Below the pieces are notes generated by a model. The model saw only the letters and a list, made by a program, of their open reading frames with translations. It was not told the DNA's origin and did no database searches. Shown here piece after piece: positions 24,905 through 36,984 of a stretch of 64,000 bases of DNA. The DNA is taken from NCBI GenBank assembly GCA_030264375.1, contig JASCQW010000190.1:61227369-61291368 (forward strand), given 5' to 3'. The position numbers and the translations under genes are program-made. Position 1 is the first letter of the stretch. Each line of letters opens with the position of its first letter. Source of the stretch: Carcharhinus longimanus (taxonomy: Eukaryota).

Positions 24905-26700
24905 GTCTGCACAGTGGCACATTGGTTAGCTCTGCTGCTTCAGCGCCAAGGCCTCGGATTTCATTCTTGGTTTGTGTAACTCTGTGCGCAGAGTCTGCCA
25001 ATTCCCCTCGCGTCTGAGTGGGTTTCCTCCGGGTAGTCCAATTTCCTCCCGCAGTCCAAAGGACGTGCTGGTTCGGTGCATTGGCAATGCTAAATTCTCC
25101 TTCAGTATATCCGAACAGGCACCGTTCTTGTGGCAACTGGGGAAAATTCACAGTAACTTCATTGCAGTGTTAATGTAAGACNNNNNNNNNNNNNNNNNNN
25201 NNNNNNNNNNNNNNNNNNNNNNNNNNNNNNNNNNNNNNNNNNNNNNNNNNNNNNNNNNNNNNNNNNNNNNNNNNNNNNNNNGTTGTGAACTAACTAAAAT
25301 GAATAAACTGAGGAAACTGTAGTGTTCTGAAGAAATACATCTCTAGCTCCAACGATAATGTGTGTGCTGTATTTTTGTGAAGTGTATGCGTAGATTATTA
25401 ACATTCGAAAACAGTTATAGGCAGCTGTGCAGTTTGTTCTGTTGAAGATTTTGCGAATATCAATGCATGAATGGATGCTCGGAATGCTCCATATCAGATT
25501 GCAGGCCAGAAACTGCACTGCCCCAGCTCAATATAAAGAAAGTCTTCAGAAGTGATGGAAACCACAAGTCAGTCAGTTTCCTCAACAATGGAAGTGAGAT
25601 GTCCTGTAAATGAAACAGAATATATCAATATTCCGGTCCGTATGGTCACAAAATGTCAAAATTCTACATCAACGTTTCAGCTTTCCATCTAGTTTTCATA
25701 TAATTTGGAAACCAGTTTAAAAACGTATTTTATCAGCTCATCTGCTAATAGGCAGAACAGAGGATGAACTGATGTTTAAATTGCGTTGGGTTCGAAGAGC
25801 TCCGCTATTTTCGAATCAAATAATCCCTACAGTGTAGAAAGAGGTCATTTTTCTAATCAAGCCTCGTACGACCATAATCCCACCCAGACGTTGTCCCTCT
25901 AATCTCACATAATTATCCCCCTAATCTCCCTAATACTGAGGGACAACTTACCATGGCCAATCCAGATAAGCTGCGCATCTCGGAATGTGCAAGGAAACCG
26001 GAACAATCGGAAGAAACTGACATAGACAACGGAAAAACGTGGAAACTCCACATAGGCAGTCACACGCGTCTAGTTATAAACAGGAGAGTTAAACCGCTAG
26101 AGGAATGGACAGCGTTTGCCAAAGCACGATGATAAAAATAGCATGAACGTGCGTCAAAAGTCTATTCTTTACGCTGTTCCATTCAGTGCGGTGCTTCTAC
26201 CAAATTTTATATCAGCTATCTTATTCTTTCCTTTCGGAAAATTATTCAATTGTATAATTATGCATAAAGTGAACCACAAATTCGAAAATGTTCAAATTAA
26301 CAGGATCAAACTTCTGGATTATGGCAGATAATAGCTGACCAAAGTAATTGATACTTTTCCAGAAATTGTCGAATGAGTAGAAAGAGGAATGCGGTGGCTG
26401 GAAATTATATGGATTATCAAAACGCTTCTGATGCAAAAGGCATTAGCGCCAATTGAATTAAAGTTACATTTAATTACATAATTCCTACAGTGTAGAAGGA
26501 GGCATTCCGCCCATCAGGTCTACACGAAAATCCGAACAGAAGGCATTGTACAGCCGTTCTCATTTACTACGACTAAACCATCGAACCTACACATCTTGAG
26601 ACACTCAGGGACAATTTCACATGACCAATCTACATAACACACATGATAGAACCGTTAGCAGGAAACTGTAACACCTATGGAAACTCATACAGACATGGGG
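24905..26700. mobile_element. Cluster of partial tRNA-derived SINEs (about 24905-25180 +, 25820-26065 -, 26480-26700 -)
   Basis: Repeated matches to the SINE body and tail seen in the better-preserved copies. Confidence 0.65.
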
Positions 26701-26704
26701 ACAA

Positions 26705-28562
26705 TGTATTTGATTTGATTTCATTTGTTATTGTCATATGTATAAGTAGTGAAAAATATTATTCCTCGCGCACTAAGCAGACAGAGCATAGCATTCATAG
26801 AGAAGAAAACGAGAAAGTGCAGAATGCAGAGTTACAGTCATTGTTAGGGTGTAAAGAAAGATCAATTTAATGCAAGGGAGGACAATTTAAAATTTTGATG
26901 GCAGCAAGGAAGAAGCTGTTCTTGAGTCGGTTAGTGCGTGACCTCAGGCTTTTGTATCTTTTCCCGATGGAAGGAGGAAGAGAGGAAGTCCGGGGTGCAT
27001 GGTGCTCTTTATTATACTGGCTGCTTTGCCAAGCCGGCAGAACGTGTAGACAGAGTCAATGGATGGGAGGCAGGTGTGCTTGTTGGATTGGATTACATTC
27101 ACAACGTTTTGTATTTTCTTGTGGCCTTGGGCAGAGCAGGAGCGAGAACAAGCTGTGGAAGTTGGTGACAGCTGTAGCTGACATGCCAAGTTTGCTTAGT
27201 CTTCCTTAGCCTTCTGAGAAAATAAAGGCGTTGCTGGGATTTTTTCACTTTTGCGTCGGGACGGGAAGAACAGGACAGGTTGTTATTGATGTGGACACCT
27301 GAAAATTTGAAGCTGCTGGCCCTTTCTACTTCGTCCACATTGATGTGGACAGCGACGTATTCTCCTCTACGCTTTCTGAAGTTGATGACGATCTGTTTTG
27401 TTCTGTTGACATTGAGGGAAAGATTATTGTCGTGGCACCAGTTCACCAGATTCTCCATCTCATTCCTGTACTCTGTCTTGTCATTGTTTGAGATCTGAGC
27501 CACACTGGTGGTGTCGTCAGCAACTTCAAATTGAGTTGGAGGGGAATTTGGCTACACCGTCATAGGTAAACAAGGGGCATACTAGGGGGCTGAGGACACA
27601 ACCTTGTGGGGGAGGGGGAGGGCACTGGTGTTGAGGGTGATCGTGGAGGAGGTGTTGTTGCCTACCCTTAATGATTGTGGCCGTTCCCCTTCCTTTTGGG
27701 GAGCTGTCAGGATCCTTGTCCAGGACCCAACCACAGAGAGAAGAGCGGAGACCCAGACCACGGAGTTTGAAGATGAGTTTCATAGGAATAATGGTGTTGA
27801 CAGCTGAGCTGTCGTCAAGAAATAGGAGCCTAACATAGGTCTTTGCTGTCTAGGCATTGCAGTTTTGAGTGAAGTGCCGGGGGATAGCGTCTGCTATGGA
27901 CCTGTTGTAGCAGTAGGCAAACTGTAGTGGATCCAGGCATCCAGGAAGCTGGAATTGATTCGTGCTAAGACTAGGGTTTGAAACACTTCATAATGATGGA
28001 TGCCAGAATCATTGGATGATTGTCATTAAGGAACACTGCTTGGCTTTTCATTAGTTTCAGGATGATGGTCGTTTTCGTGAAGCAGATAGGGACCTAAGAT
28101 CATTGAAAAGAGAGTTTGAACATGTCTGCGTATATCCCTGCCAGCTGATCACGCAGAATATAAGTGCTCGTCAGGGTACCCCATCGGACCAGTTGCTTTC
28201 TGTGAGTTGACCTTCGAGAAAGCTGATCTGACAGCGGCAATGGTGACAGCTTCATCCAAGCATTCAAGGGTGGAGGGCACGGTCTCACTGATGTCTTGCT
28301 CAAGCCGGGCATAGAATGCATTGAGCTCCTCGGAGGTGGAGGTGGCGTTGGTGGTGCGTTCGAGCCCATGATTTTACATGCCTTCATCATATAGCCTGTT
28401 ATGTCTTGCAGACCTTGCCATAGTCGGAGGAGGCCTGTGTGGCTGGCCTGGGACTCTAGCTTGGTCTGGTACTGTCTTTTGGCATCATTGATGGATCTCC
28501 TTTGATCGTTTCTGGCTTTCTTGTATAGATCAGAGTTGCCTGACTTGAATGCATCAGACCTA
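26705..28562 (-). mobile_element. Rex1/Babar-type LINE, about 1.9 kb, frameshifted
   Basis: Minus-strand AFKSGNSDLYKKAR...RLWQGLQDITGY, PQGCVLSPL, ISNNDKTEYRNEMENLVNWCHDNNLSLNV and QQRLYFLRRLRK; tail tttgatttgattt. Confidence 0.85.
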
Positions 28563-28834
28563 AAGTAAGCAGCCACACAAATGATCTGCCGAGGCTGGAA
28601 TCGAGCACGTCTCCCAGGCACTGTGAGGCAGCATTAAATCAAATTATTTACATGACATGCATATTTGAACAATGGTAGTCGACAGATATTAACAATAATA
28701 GGCAAACACTCCGATTACCAGGATATAACTGGTTTGTTCTCATAGAGCTACGTTGGGACTTTGAAGATTCAAAGGATTTATTCAGGACTTCATGGAATAA
28801 AACACCACACATTGAAATTTCTTGATGACACAAA

Positions 28835-29790
28835 TATAGGACAGTACAAAGTCTCACAACATCAGGTTAAAGTCCAGCATGTTTATGTGGTATCACAAAC
28901 TTTTGGAATGCTGTTCTCTTTCACCAGTGGGGAGGAGTGTTCATAAAGACGGCATATATAGACAGTGTCTCGATTGCAAGATATTGATTGGAATGCAAGT
29001 CTTTACAGGTATAGAAAATGGAAATAGGGAGAGTAATAATTACAGGTAGGCGAGGTGTGAATTGTCTGAAGCCAGGGCAGTTAGTAGGATTTTGCAAGCT
29101 CAGGCCAAATGGTGGGGGTTACATGAAGTGTGACACGAATGCAAGATCCATGCTGAGGATCTTCTCCTCACGTGTGTGGAACTTGGCTATCAGTTTCTGG
29201 CTTGGGGGGTTATGCATTGTCGTGTGCCTCGAGTGTCACAGGGATGAACGGACACCATGCGACAATCACCAGACAGGAATGCTCCCTTCCTGTCGGAGAA
29301 CACTTCAGCAGCCAAAGACATTCAGTTTTCATCTTCAGTTAAACGTTCTCCAAGGCAGACTTCAAGACACATGATAAAGCAGAATCGCCGAACAGAAACT
29401 GATACCCAAGTTCATACGCATGAGGTCGGCTTCAACCATGCTCTTGGGGAGATGTCACACTCCCTGTCACCCCACCATTTGGCCTGGGCGTGCATAATCT
29501 TACTAACTGGCCTGTCTTGAGACAATTCACATCTCTTTAACCTGTTATTAGTCCTCTCTCCACTCGCATTGTTTCTTCCTGCAAAGAATTGATTGCCTGC
29601 AAAGACTTGTATTCCAACCATTCTCTTACAATTGAGTCTCTGTCTATATATGCCGTCTTTGTTAACCCACCTCTGTCACACACCTGATGAAGTAGAAGTG
29701 TTCCGAAAGCCCGTAATGCCAAATAAACCTGTGTTGTGAGACTTCTTACTGTATCCAGCTTAGTCCAAAGCCAGCATCTCCACTTCGAAA
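28835..29790. mobile_element. Penelope-like element remnant with inverted terminal segments
   Basis: EHFSSQRH...EQKLIPKFIR resembles a GIY-YIG C-terminus. 28840-29200 is a diverged reverse complement of about 29390-29790. Confidence 0.65.
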
Positions 29791-30204
29791 ACATAAAAGT
29801 TATTGTAAATCTGTTAAAGGAAAGAAGGGATGTGCTATTTCATCCGTTTGGAGAGATATTCTGGGGACACGGCGACATTTTCTGAAAAACATAGAACTAC
29901 AAATTTCAAGAGTGTAATTAGGAATAAATTCTAGAGGGAGGGAAAAATTCTAACCTTTGTGGGATTGCTTACAAGCATGCTAATTAGTTTTGTTTGAATT
30001 GTTCCCCGAAATAATGTATTAATAGAAACGTGCCACGTGTGTAAATTCAAGGTCGACAGATTCGTGAGGCACTAAATGATTCGCCCCTTTCCTAATGGTC
30101 CCATGTATATTATTTTCACTCTTATTGAACGAACATTGATGCAGTTTTGCTGGTAGATAAATAAAACAATGGGCGAACAACATTCTCCATCGTTGACTTC
30201 ACAG

Positions 30205-30378
30205 ATGGAACAAGTCACCACTGATAACAAGCTCACCTATGCTTCTCTTGATCTGATTGGCTTCGAGAAAACCCGGAAATCGAAATATTATGCGGCAAGT
30301 ACAGAGAATGCTCAGCTTAGTGCCACGATGCCAAGCAGAGCAACAGAGGTTATCTACACCGAAACCAGAGTCTCATAA
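30205..30378 (+). CDS. Gene A terminal exon: ITIM-bearing cytoplasmic tail
   Basis: cttcacag|ATG, phase 0, encodes MEQVTTDNKLTYASLDLIGFEKTRKSKYYAASTENAQLSATMPSRATEVIYTETRVS*. LTYASL fits the ITIM consensus, and the exon aligns with the gene B terminal exon. Confidence 0.85.
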   Translation: MEQVTTDNKLTYASLDLIGFEKTRKSKYYAASTENAQLSATMPSRATEVIYTETRVS

Positions 30379-31389
30379 CATTGATTCGTCGTGTGGCAAC
30401 CGATTTAATGTTCCTCTTCATGTAATTGTTCTCTTAAGTATATTGTGTTTACACTGGTTTTCTAAACAAACATGATGCAGTTAGATTATTTGCCACTTCA
30501 GGAAGCACCACAGTCGTATGATACCGCTTGCATTTGCAATTAACAGTGCATTTTGGTTCCTAGAAGTATTNNNNNNNNNNNNNNNNNNNNNNNNNNNNNN
30601 NNNNNNNNNNNNNNNNNNNNNNNNNNNNNNNNNNNNNNNNNNNNNNNNNNNNNNNNNNNNNNNNNNNNNNCCTAGAAGTATTTATTCATGAAAAAATATT
30701 ACCTTTATTCAATTCTGGAGAAAACAATATGTAGCTGTAAAAATATTACTTGAAAAGTCGCAGAAAACGAATTTTTAATTTCAGTTCTGGCCGCTCATCA
30801 ACATTTGCAAATAATGTTTTCCTTGTAAAGATCTTCGTTTCTTTTTTCGCTGCTCTGCGCGTTTGATTATTCTACGGGAATAGCCCTCATTCCCTCATTT
30901 CAAACTTAGTTATTTACCATTGCTATTGCGTTTTACTGATCTGCTAATGTTTGTGATGATGCAGCATAATTGGGAAGGTGCTCAGTTACCAACGTGAATC
31001 TGTTACTTTCACGCACATAGCACTTAAGAAAATTGTGCAATTTGTTTTTGAGAAAAGGTAAATGTAAGGAAGACTTTATCAGGAGCAGAAGTGAAAAAAA
31101 CATAAATAAACCGATCATCACACAATTCTGTCCGTCAAAAATTCTACATTTTCAGCGTTAATTCACTGTAGTGAATATTAACAAACTTATTCTAAACCAG
31201 GCCAAAGAAAGCATGGATAATATTATACAAGAGATAGAATAGTGTAATGGGCAGTAAGAAAAACCGATTATGTTAATTGTTCCTGGACACACGTTGCCAA
31301 AAGGAACGCACATTTTACAATTTCATTAAGTATGTCATGTGAGAACCTATGGCAGGTGAGAATCTAGAAACTATCATTATCACGCAAGA

Positions 31390-32790
31390 GGTAGTCTTGG
31401 GCAAGTAAATGGGGCTAAAGCTAGACAAGTCTCCTGGTCCTGATGAAATGCATCCCAGGATACTAAAAGAGATAGCGGGAGAAATAGCAATTGCACTCGT
31501 GGTAATTTACAAAGTTCGCTGGAATCTGGGATTGTTGCCACAGATTGGAAAACAGCAAATGTGACAGCACTGTTTAAAAAAAAAGGAGGTACACAAAAGG
31601 CAAGTAACAACAGGCCAGTTAGCTTAACTTCTGTAATAGGTAAAATGCTTGAATCTATCATCAACGAAGAAATAGCGAGACATCTAAATATAAATTGTCC
31701 CATCGGTAAGATGCAGCATGTGTACATGAAGGAGTCATGTTTGACTACTTTTGTGGAATTCTTTGATGACATTACATGTGCAGTGGGCAATGGGGAACCT
31801 GTGGATGTGGGGAGTCTGGATTTCCAGAAGGCATTTGACTTGTGTCGCACCAAAGACTGCTATATACGATAAAGGTGCACTGGTAATGCAGTAACATGGA
31901 TACAGGATTGGTTAACTGACAGAAAGCAAAGAGTGGGTGCAAATGAGTGTTTTTCTGGTTGGCGATCAATGACAAACAGTAAGCCTCAGGGATCAGGGTC
32001 AGGCAGATGGATGCAAGGTCATCTATTTTGGTAGCAATGACAGCAAAATCGACTAATATTTAAATGGTAAAAAAAAAGTGCAGCATGCTACTGTGCAGAA
32101 AGAACTGGGTGTCTTTGGGCCGGAATCTCAAAAAATTGGTCTGCATGTGCAACAGGTAATTAAGAAGCAAATGGAATTTTGTCCTTCATTTCTAGAGAGA
32201 TGGAGTTTAAAAACAGTGAGGTTATGTTGCAGGAGTATAAGGTGCTGGTGAGGCCACACCTATAGTACTGTGTACAGTTCTGATCGCCGTACTTGAGAAA
32301 GGGTGTACTGGCACTGGAGGGGGTGCAAAGGAGATTCACTTGGTTGAGAGATTTGGCTTATGAGGAGAGACTGAATAGACTGGGGCTATTCTCATTGGAA
32401 TTCAGAAGAATGAGGGGAAATCTTATTGAAACATAAGATTATGAAGATAGAAGCAGGGAAATTGTTTCTACTGGGGGTGAAAATAGAGCTATGGGCCATA
32501 GTCTTAAAATAAGGGGCAGCAGATTTAGGACTGAGATGGGGAGGAACCTCTTCACACAAAGGGTTGAATATCTGTGGAATTCTTTGCTCAGTAAAGCATC
32601 TGAGGCTACGTCATTGAATGTTTTTACGGCCAGGGATAGTTGAATTTTTGAACAGTAAAGGAATTAAGGGTTATGATGATCGGGCGGGTGAGTGGAGCTG
32701 CGTCAACAAAAAAAATCAGCCATGATCTTATTGAATGGCGGGGCAGTCTTGAGGGGTCATATGGCCTATTCCTACTTCTAGTTCTTATGT
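31390..32790 (+). mobile_element. CR1-type LINE (RT region to 3' end, with an internal deletion)
   Basis: SPGPD.MHPRILK, ALFKKKGG...NNRPVSLTSVIGKMLESII and LDFQKAFD, then the CR1 3' tail. Confidence 0.9.
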
Positions 32791-35696
32791 AAGCATTGTC
32801 AATGTGTATCAATGTGTATATTTCTCGAAAAATTGGTTACCATTCCGATCTGTCTTGATACCCAAAATCCAATTTTATTAAATGGGTTGTCAATGTAGTC
32901 TACCTCCTGAATGCAACTTAAAGAGAAGTTATTGAATAGCAGTCAATTCCCTCAAGTAATATACTGTGGCACTGCAGTAAATTAATATGCAATAATAAGA
33001 TGCTCTTATAATATGTCACAATTCCAACATTGATTGAATATGTAAGTAATCGCATGTTTGCTCATCAAGGTTCGTTTATTCTGTTACTTGAAACTACTGA
33101 CAGGATATAACTACATCATTTGCTTACTAATCTATTCAGGTCTAAAAATTAAAACATTATACGTGTATTTAAGTCTAATAAATGTAGATAATAAAAAAAC
33201 GACAATCTTCTACTCTAAATTCAATCTATATATCCCGCGAGAATAAAGAAATACATTATGTATGCCTAAGTTAAAGCACCTTCGATGTTTGACGCATATT
33301 TCTCGCAGCATTTTCCTTTTTCTTAATTAAATTGCTTCGGACATTTGGCTTTACAGTAATGTTTGTGTTTTTTTCACACTCTGGTCGCTGTGCCAAAACA
33401 GTTAATGTCAATCCGCTGAAGTAAAAACTATGTGCATACGCTACACAGAACAAAAAAAAACCGTTAGCAAAATACAAAGTGCTCTGACCGAAATAAACAT
33501 GCATTGAAACATTCTTCATTGAAGTTTTACTTATTCACTGTTCCATGGGAATCTGTTTATTTCCAAAAGTCTCTGCTCAAATTATGTAATATTGAATTCA
33601 CCACTTTTTAAACCATCAATATCCGATGACGTATTTAGTTATTAGTGTGAAATAAGTTGTTACAGTCAGTGCCCTTGTCGTGAATCCTCATATTTTTGTT
33701 CTAGTCATGAAGTCAGAACACACAGTCGCAAACGAATTCAGCCATTTCGATGAAACTTGTTTCATTCACCTGAGCAAATGAACACTTTTGCATATCCCTT
33801 CGGTCTTACGTTAATTAAAATACAATTGTCTAAGATAACGAATCAATTAGTCTTCTACTTTGTAGCTATGTATTTCATCTTTCATGAATGTTTCTGATAA
33901 CAAAAGTTGGAAATCCCTATTGTCGCTGGGTCCCTAAACTGTATATCCAAACGGAATAATACCCACAATGAGGTTATATAATATACACTTTCAAGTGCTC
34001 TTGTGTGAGTTGTTATACATGACGTAGATTTTTCAGTCTTAATGGTTTGAACAATAATCGGCTCTGATATTCAGTGAAGCATCTTTATACTTTCATCTTT
34101 AAAATGTTATATACCAGTCATATTTGTTCATTAACCCATGAAAATAAGGAGCATTTGCCAATTAGAAATTGATTGTTTCGATCAATTCGATAAATAATAT
34201 AGTTTACTTATTGAATGCAATTTAAAGAGAAGTTATTGAATAGCATATAATTCCTCGCAAATAAGTACTAAAGCACTGCACAATCTTACAATATGTTGCA
34301 ATTCCAGCATGGTTTAATTCCTTATTTTAAAAATGCAAGGGCGATCAATATTATCATTTGACAATATTTATTACATAGTGTTTGCAAACAAGTAGCAGAA
34401 TCTAGTGACTATATATTACAGGATGGATGAAACCGAGATGTGCACTTTTTTTTTCATTTTGTAATTTCAAATTTGCTGATAGATTGGAGACGGGTTTTGT
34501 AATCTCTTTGAAAAGAAGAATGCTAAGAGGAAATGAGAAAGATGTGCTGAAAATCATGAGGGGGCTGGAAAGAGTGCATAGAGAGACAATGTTCCCGCTC
34601 CAAAAGTGATCAAGGACGAAAGGCCACCGACTTAAAGTGAAATTTCACAAACCCAGTGGTTCACTGTGGAATGCACTACCCAGAATTCTAATGGAACAAA
34701 CTTCAATCAAGGCATTCAAAAGGACGCAGGACATTGGTTATTATTTCAATATAATGATGTGCAGTGGTGCAGGACAAGGCGGAAAAATGCTCAAAATCAT
34801 TGTAAGAGGAATTTTATGTGATGTCCCACTGGGATGCCTTAAACTCTACTGATCTCACTCTAGCAATACAAAGACTACGAAAGACAACATGTAGTGAAAG
34901 AACAAACATACTCTTACATGTATCAGGTAAGAAGACAGTCAGCGAGTTCAGACCATTCTTCCTGCGGTAAAAAGTACATGTTGGTGATATATATAGTTTT
35001 CAGTATAACTGGATATCTTTCTCCCAGCATATCACCCAAACTTGAGGGCCCAATTACGCTGTTATGCATTATTATCTAAGGCAATAATATTCCACCTCTC
35101 AGCAGGAATAGGAGCTCATTAGCCCATTGTACCTGAAAATCCATCCCTCGTTACTCGGAAATTTAACTACGTAAATCTTGTATGTTCAAGGCTATTGTTA
35201 ACACCCGCAAATTTTAATTGGTAAAAGAGTCAATTCTCTTGCCTGAAATCGGCCTCCCTTCCCAACATGAGAAACTGTACCAGCCTCCCTAAACAGGAAT
35301 GAATATATTCCCAATAATTCCAGACCGCTGTTTAACTTGCCCCTGCCTAACAGATGCCGCTAAGAACGAACTACTCACTATGCTTCATTGTCTCACAGAA
35401 TGTGACATGTCTGCTGCTGTCTGCTTCCTATCTTGCTGAGAAAACTGACCGGGATTTGGCCAAGACTCACAGACACATTTTTAAACTGCATTTAGTTGCA
35501 ATACCTGTTTAAAAATCTTTACTATTGATTATATGTGATTAATGGACAATAACTTTGCATTTGTTGTATTGGCACACGATGGATCCATATTCCATATGCA
35601 AAGCATTTTGTAATCCTCTTGGTAACCTAATCTACTTATTGTAGTAAATTTTAAACGACGACCTTTATACTAGGGATTATATACTATCCTCCATCA

Positions 35697-36950
35697 CTCC
35701 CCGCTTTTGGGCCTGGGGTTTAGCTCAAGATAAGACATCTAAATAGAGGTGCCAAGTACCTGTCCCTGCGTCCCGAAGGACAACTGGTCCCTTCGTATCA
35801 TTTCTTGCTCAACTTAATATCATTGATGCTATCCTTCCTGCGGACTTGGACAGCCTTGCACAGACACATTAACGATCACGATCAATGTCAAGATCAGCTT
35901 GAAAATTATTGCAATCCCTTGTGGGATTGATGTTCCCAGAGCACCGAGCCATTCTAATAGCCATGCACCCAAGTTAAACAATGACGGCTGTTTAAGTTTC
36001 ATCCCCTCTTTTCTGCTGTGAGCAGCCAGAGAATAGTTATGTTTTCTGTACTACCTGGTATGTAGATGCAACGCTCTGAAACAATCACTGCGCATGTCCC
36101 ACCTCTCTCTGACAAAACATAATTCAATTCCAATCGATGCTGAAGCACCATATTGTCATGTCAACCATCTCATTGTTTATTGCAATTAGGACAGTAGCTG
36201 TGTCATTCGCTACTTGTTCCAAAATGGAGATCAATATTAAAAACTCGGACATTACCTTAGCCACTCCACAGCTGGGAAACAGTATGCCAAAGAATCGTTC
36301 TCTTTATGAAATTGCCTGTCGAATTCTTGGCAAGGGAAGACTTTTCTGAGTGTGTTATATGTATGGGAGCACACGTCCCTTCAATCGAATAGGGAACCAA
36401 GTTCATGCTTTATTTCTACAGATCAAATGAGTGCCATTGGATGTTGGGTAAGTATTGCCCACTTCAATATAATAGGAAATGATATATGACTGGTCCCTTT
36501 TGGGTGGACTCTGGTAATTCAAACTGTTTGACCTACATTGTAGTTGCATTCACTTACACGTAAATTCTTCGTAGGGCCTTTCAAATTCTCCACACAGTAA
36601 TTTTCCTTTGGTTTCGAGTTTGACTGTTTCAAAATCTGATTAGGAACTGACTTCTTTAGCTTATGGACAGGTGTGCACTATCTCAGTTAACCAATCTTCC
36701 CTTCACAACCCGTACTGCTATCGAACTTTCTCCACATCTCTGTGTTGTCAAATTCTAGTATGTGGTGTCCGGGATATCAAGCCTCCTGATATACCTGTCC
36801 AGCTATTATCAATCCTGGCCATGTCAGGGGTGTTGGTTATAAAGGCATCCCTCCTCCCGCCTGGATATGGACATGTGAACAAATATAACGTTTTAACTAG
36901 TTAATCATATTTTCATATTGGCCACATCCATCATCCCCATTCTGAAACTG
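35697..36950 (-). mobile_element. Endogenous retrovirus env relic (class I/gamma-type TM subunit) followed by a polypurine tract
   Basis: Minus strand reads RIRQAIS*RERFFGILFPSCGVAK...LEQVANDTA...INNEM, then after a frameshift VLQHRLELNYVLSERGGTCAVIVSERCIYIP (immunosuppressive domain plus decayed CX6CC). PPT AAAAGCGGGGAG is followed by TG at about 35696. Confidence 0.8.
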
Positions 36951-36984
36951 GACTGCACAGTGAGGAGATGCGGGGATTGCGAAC

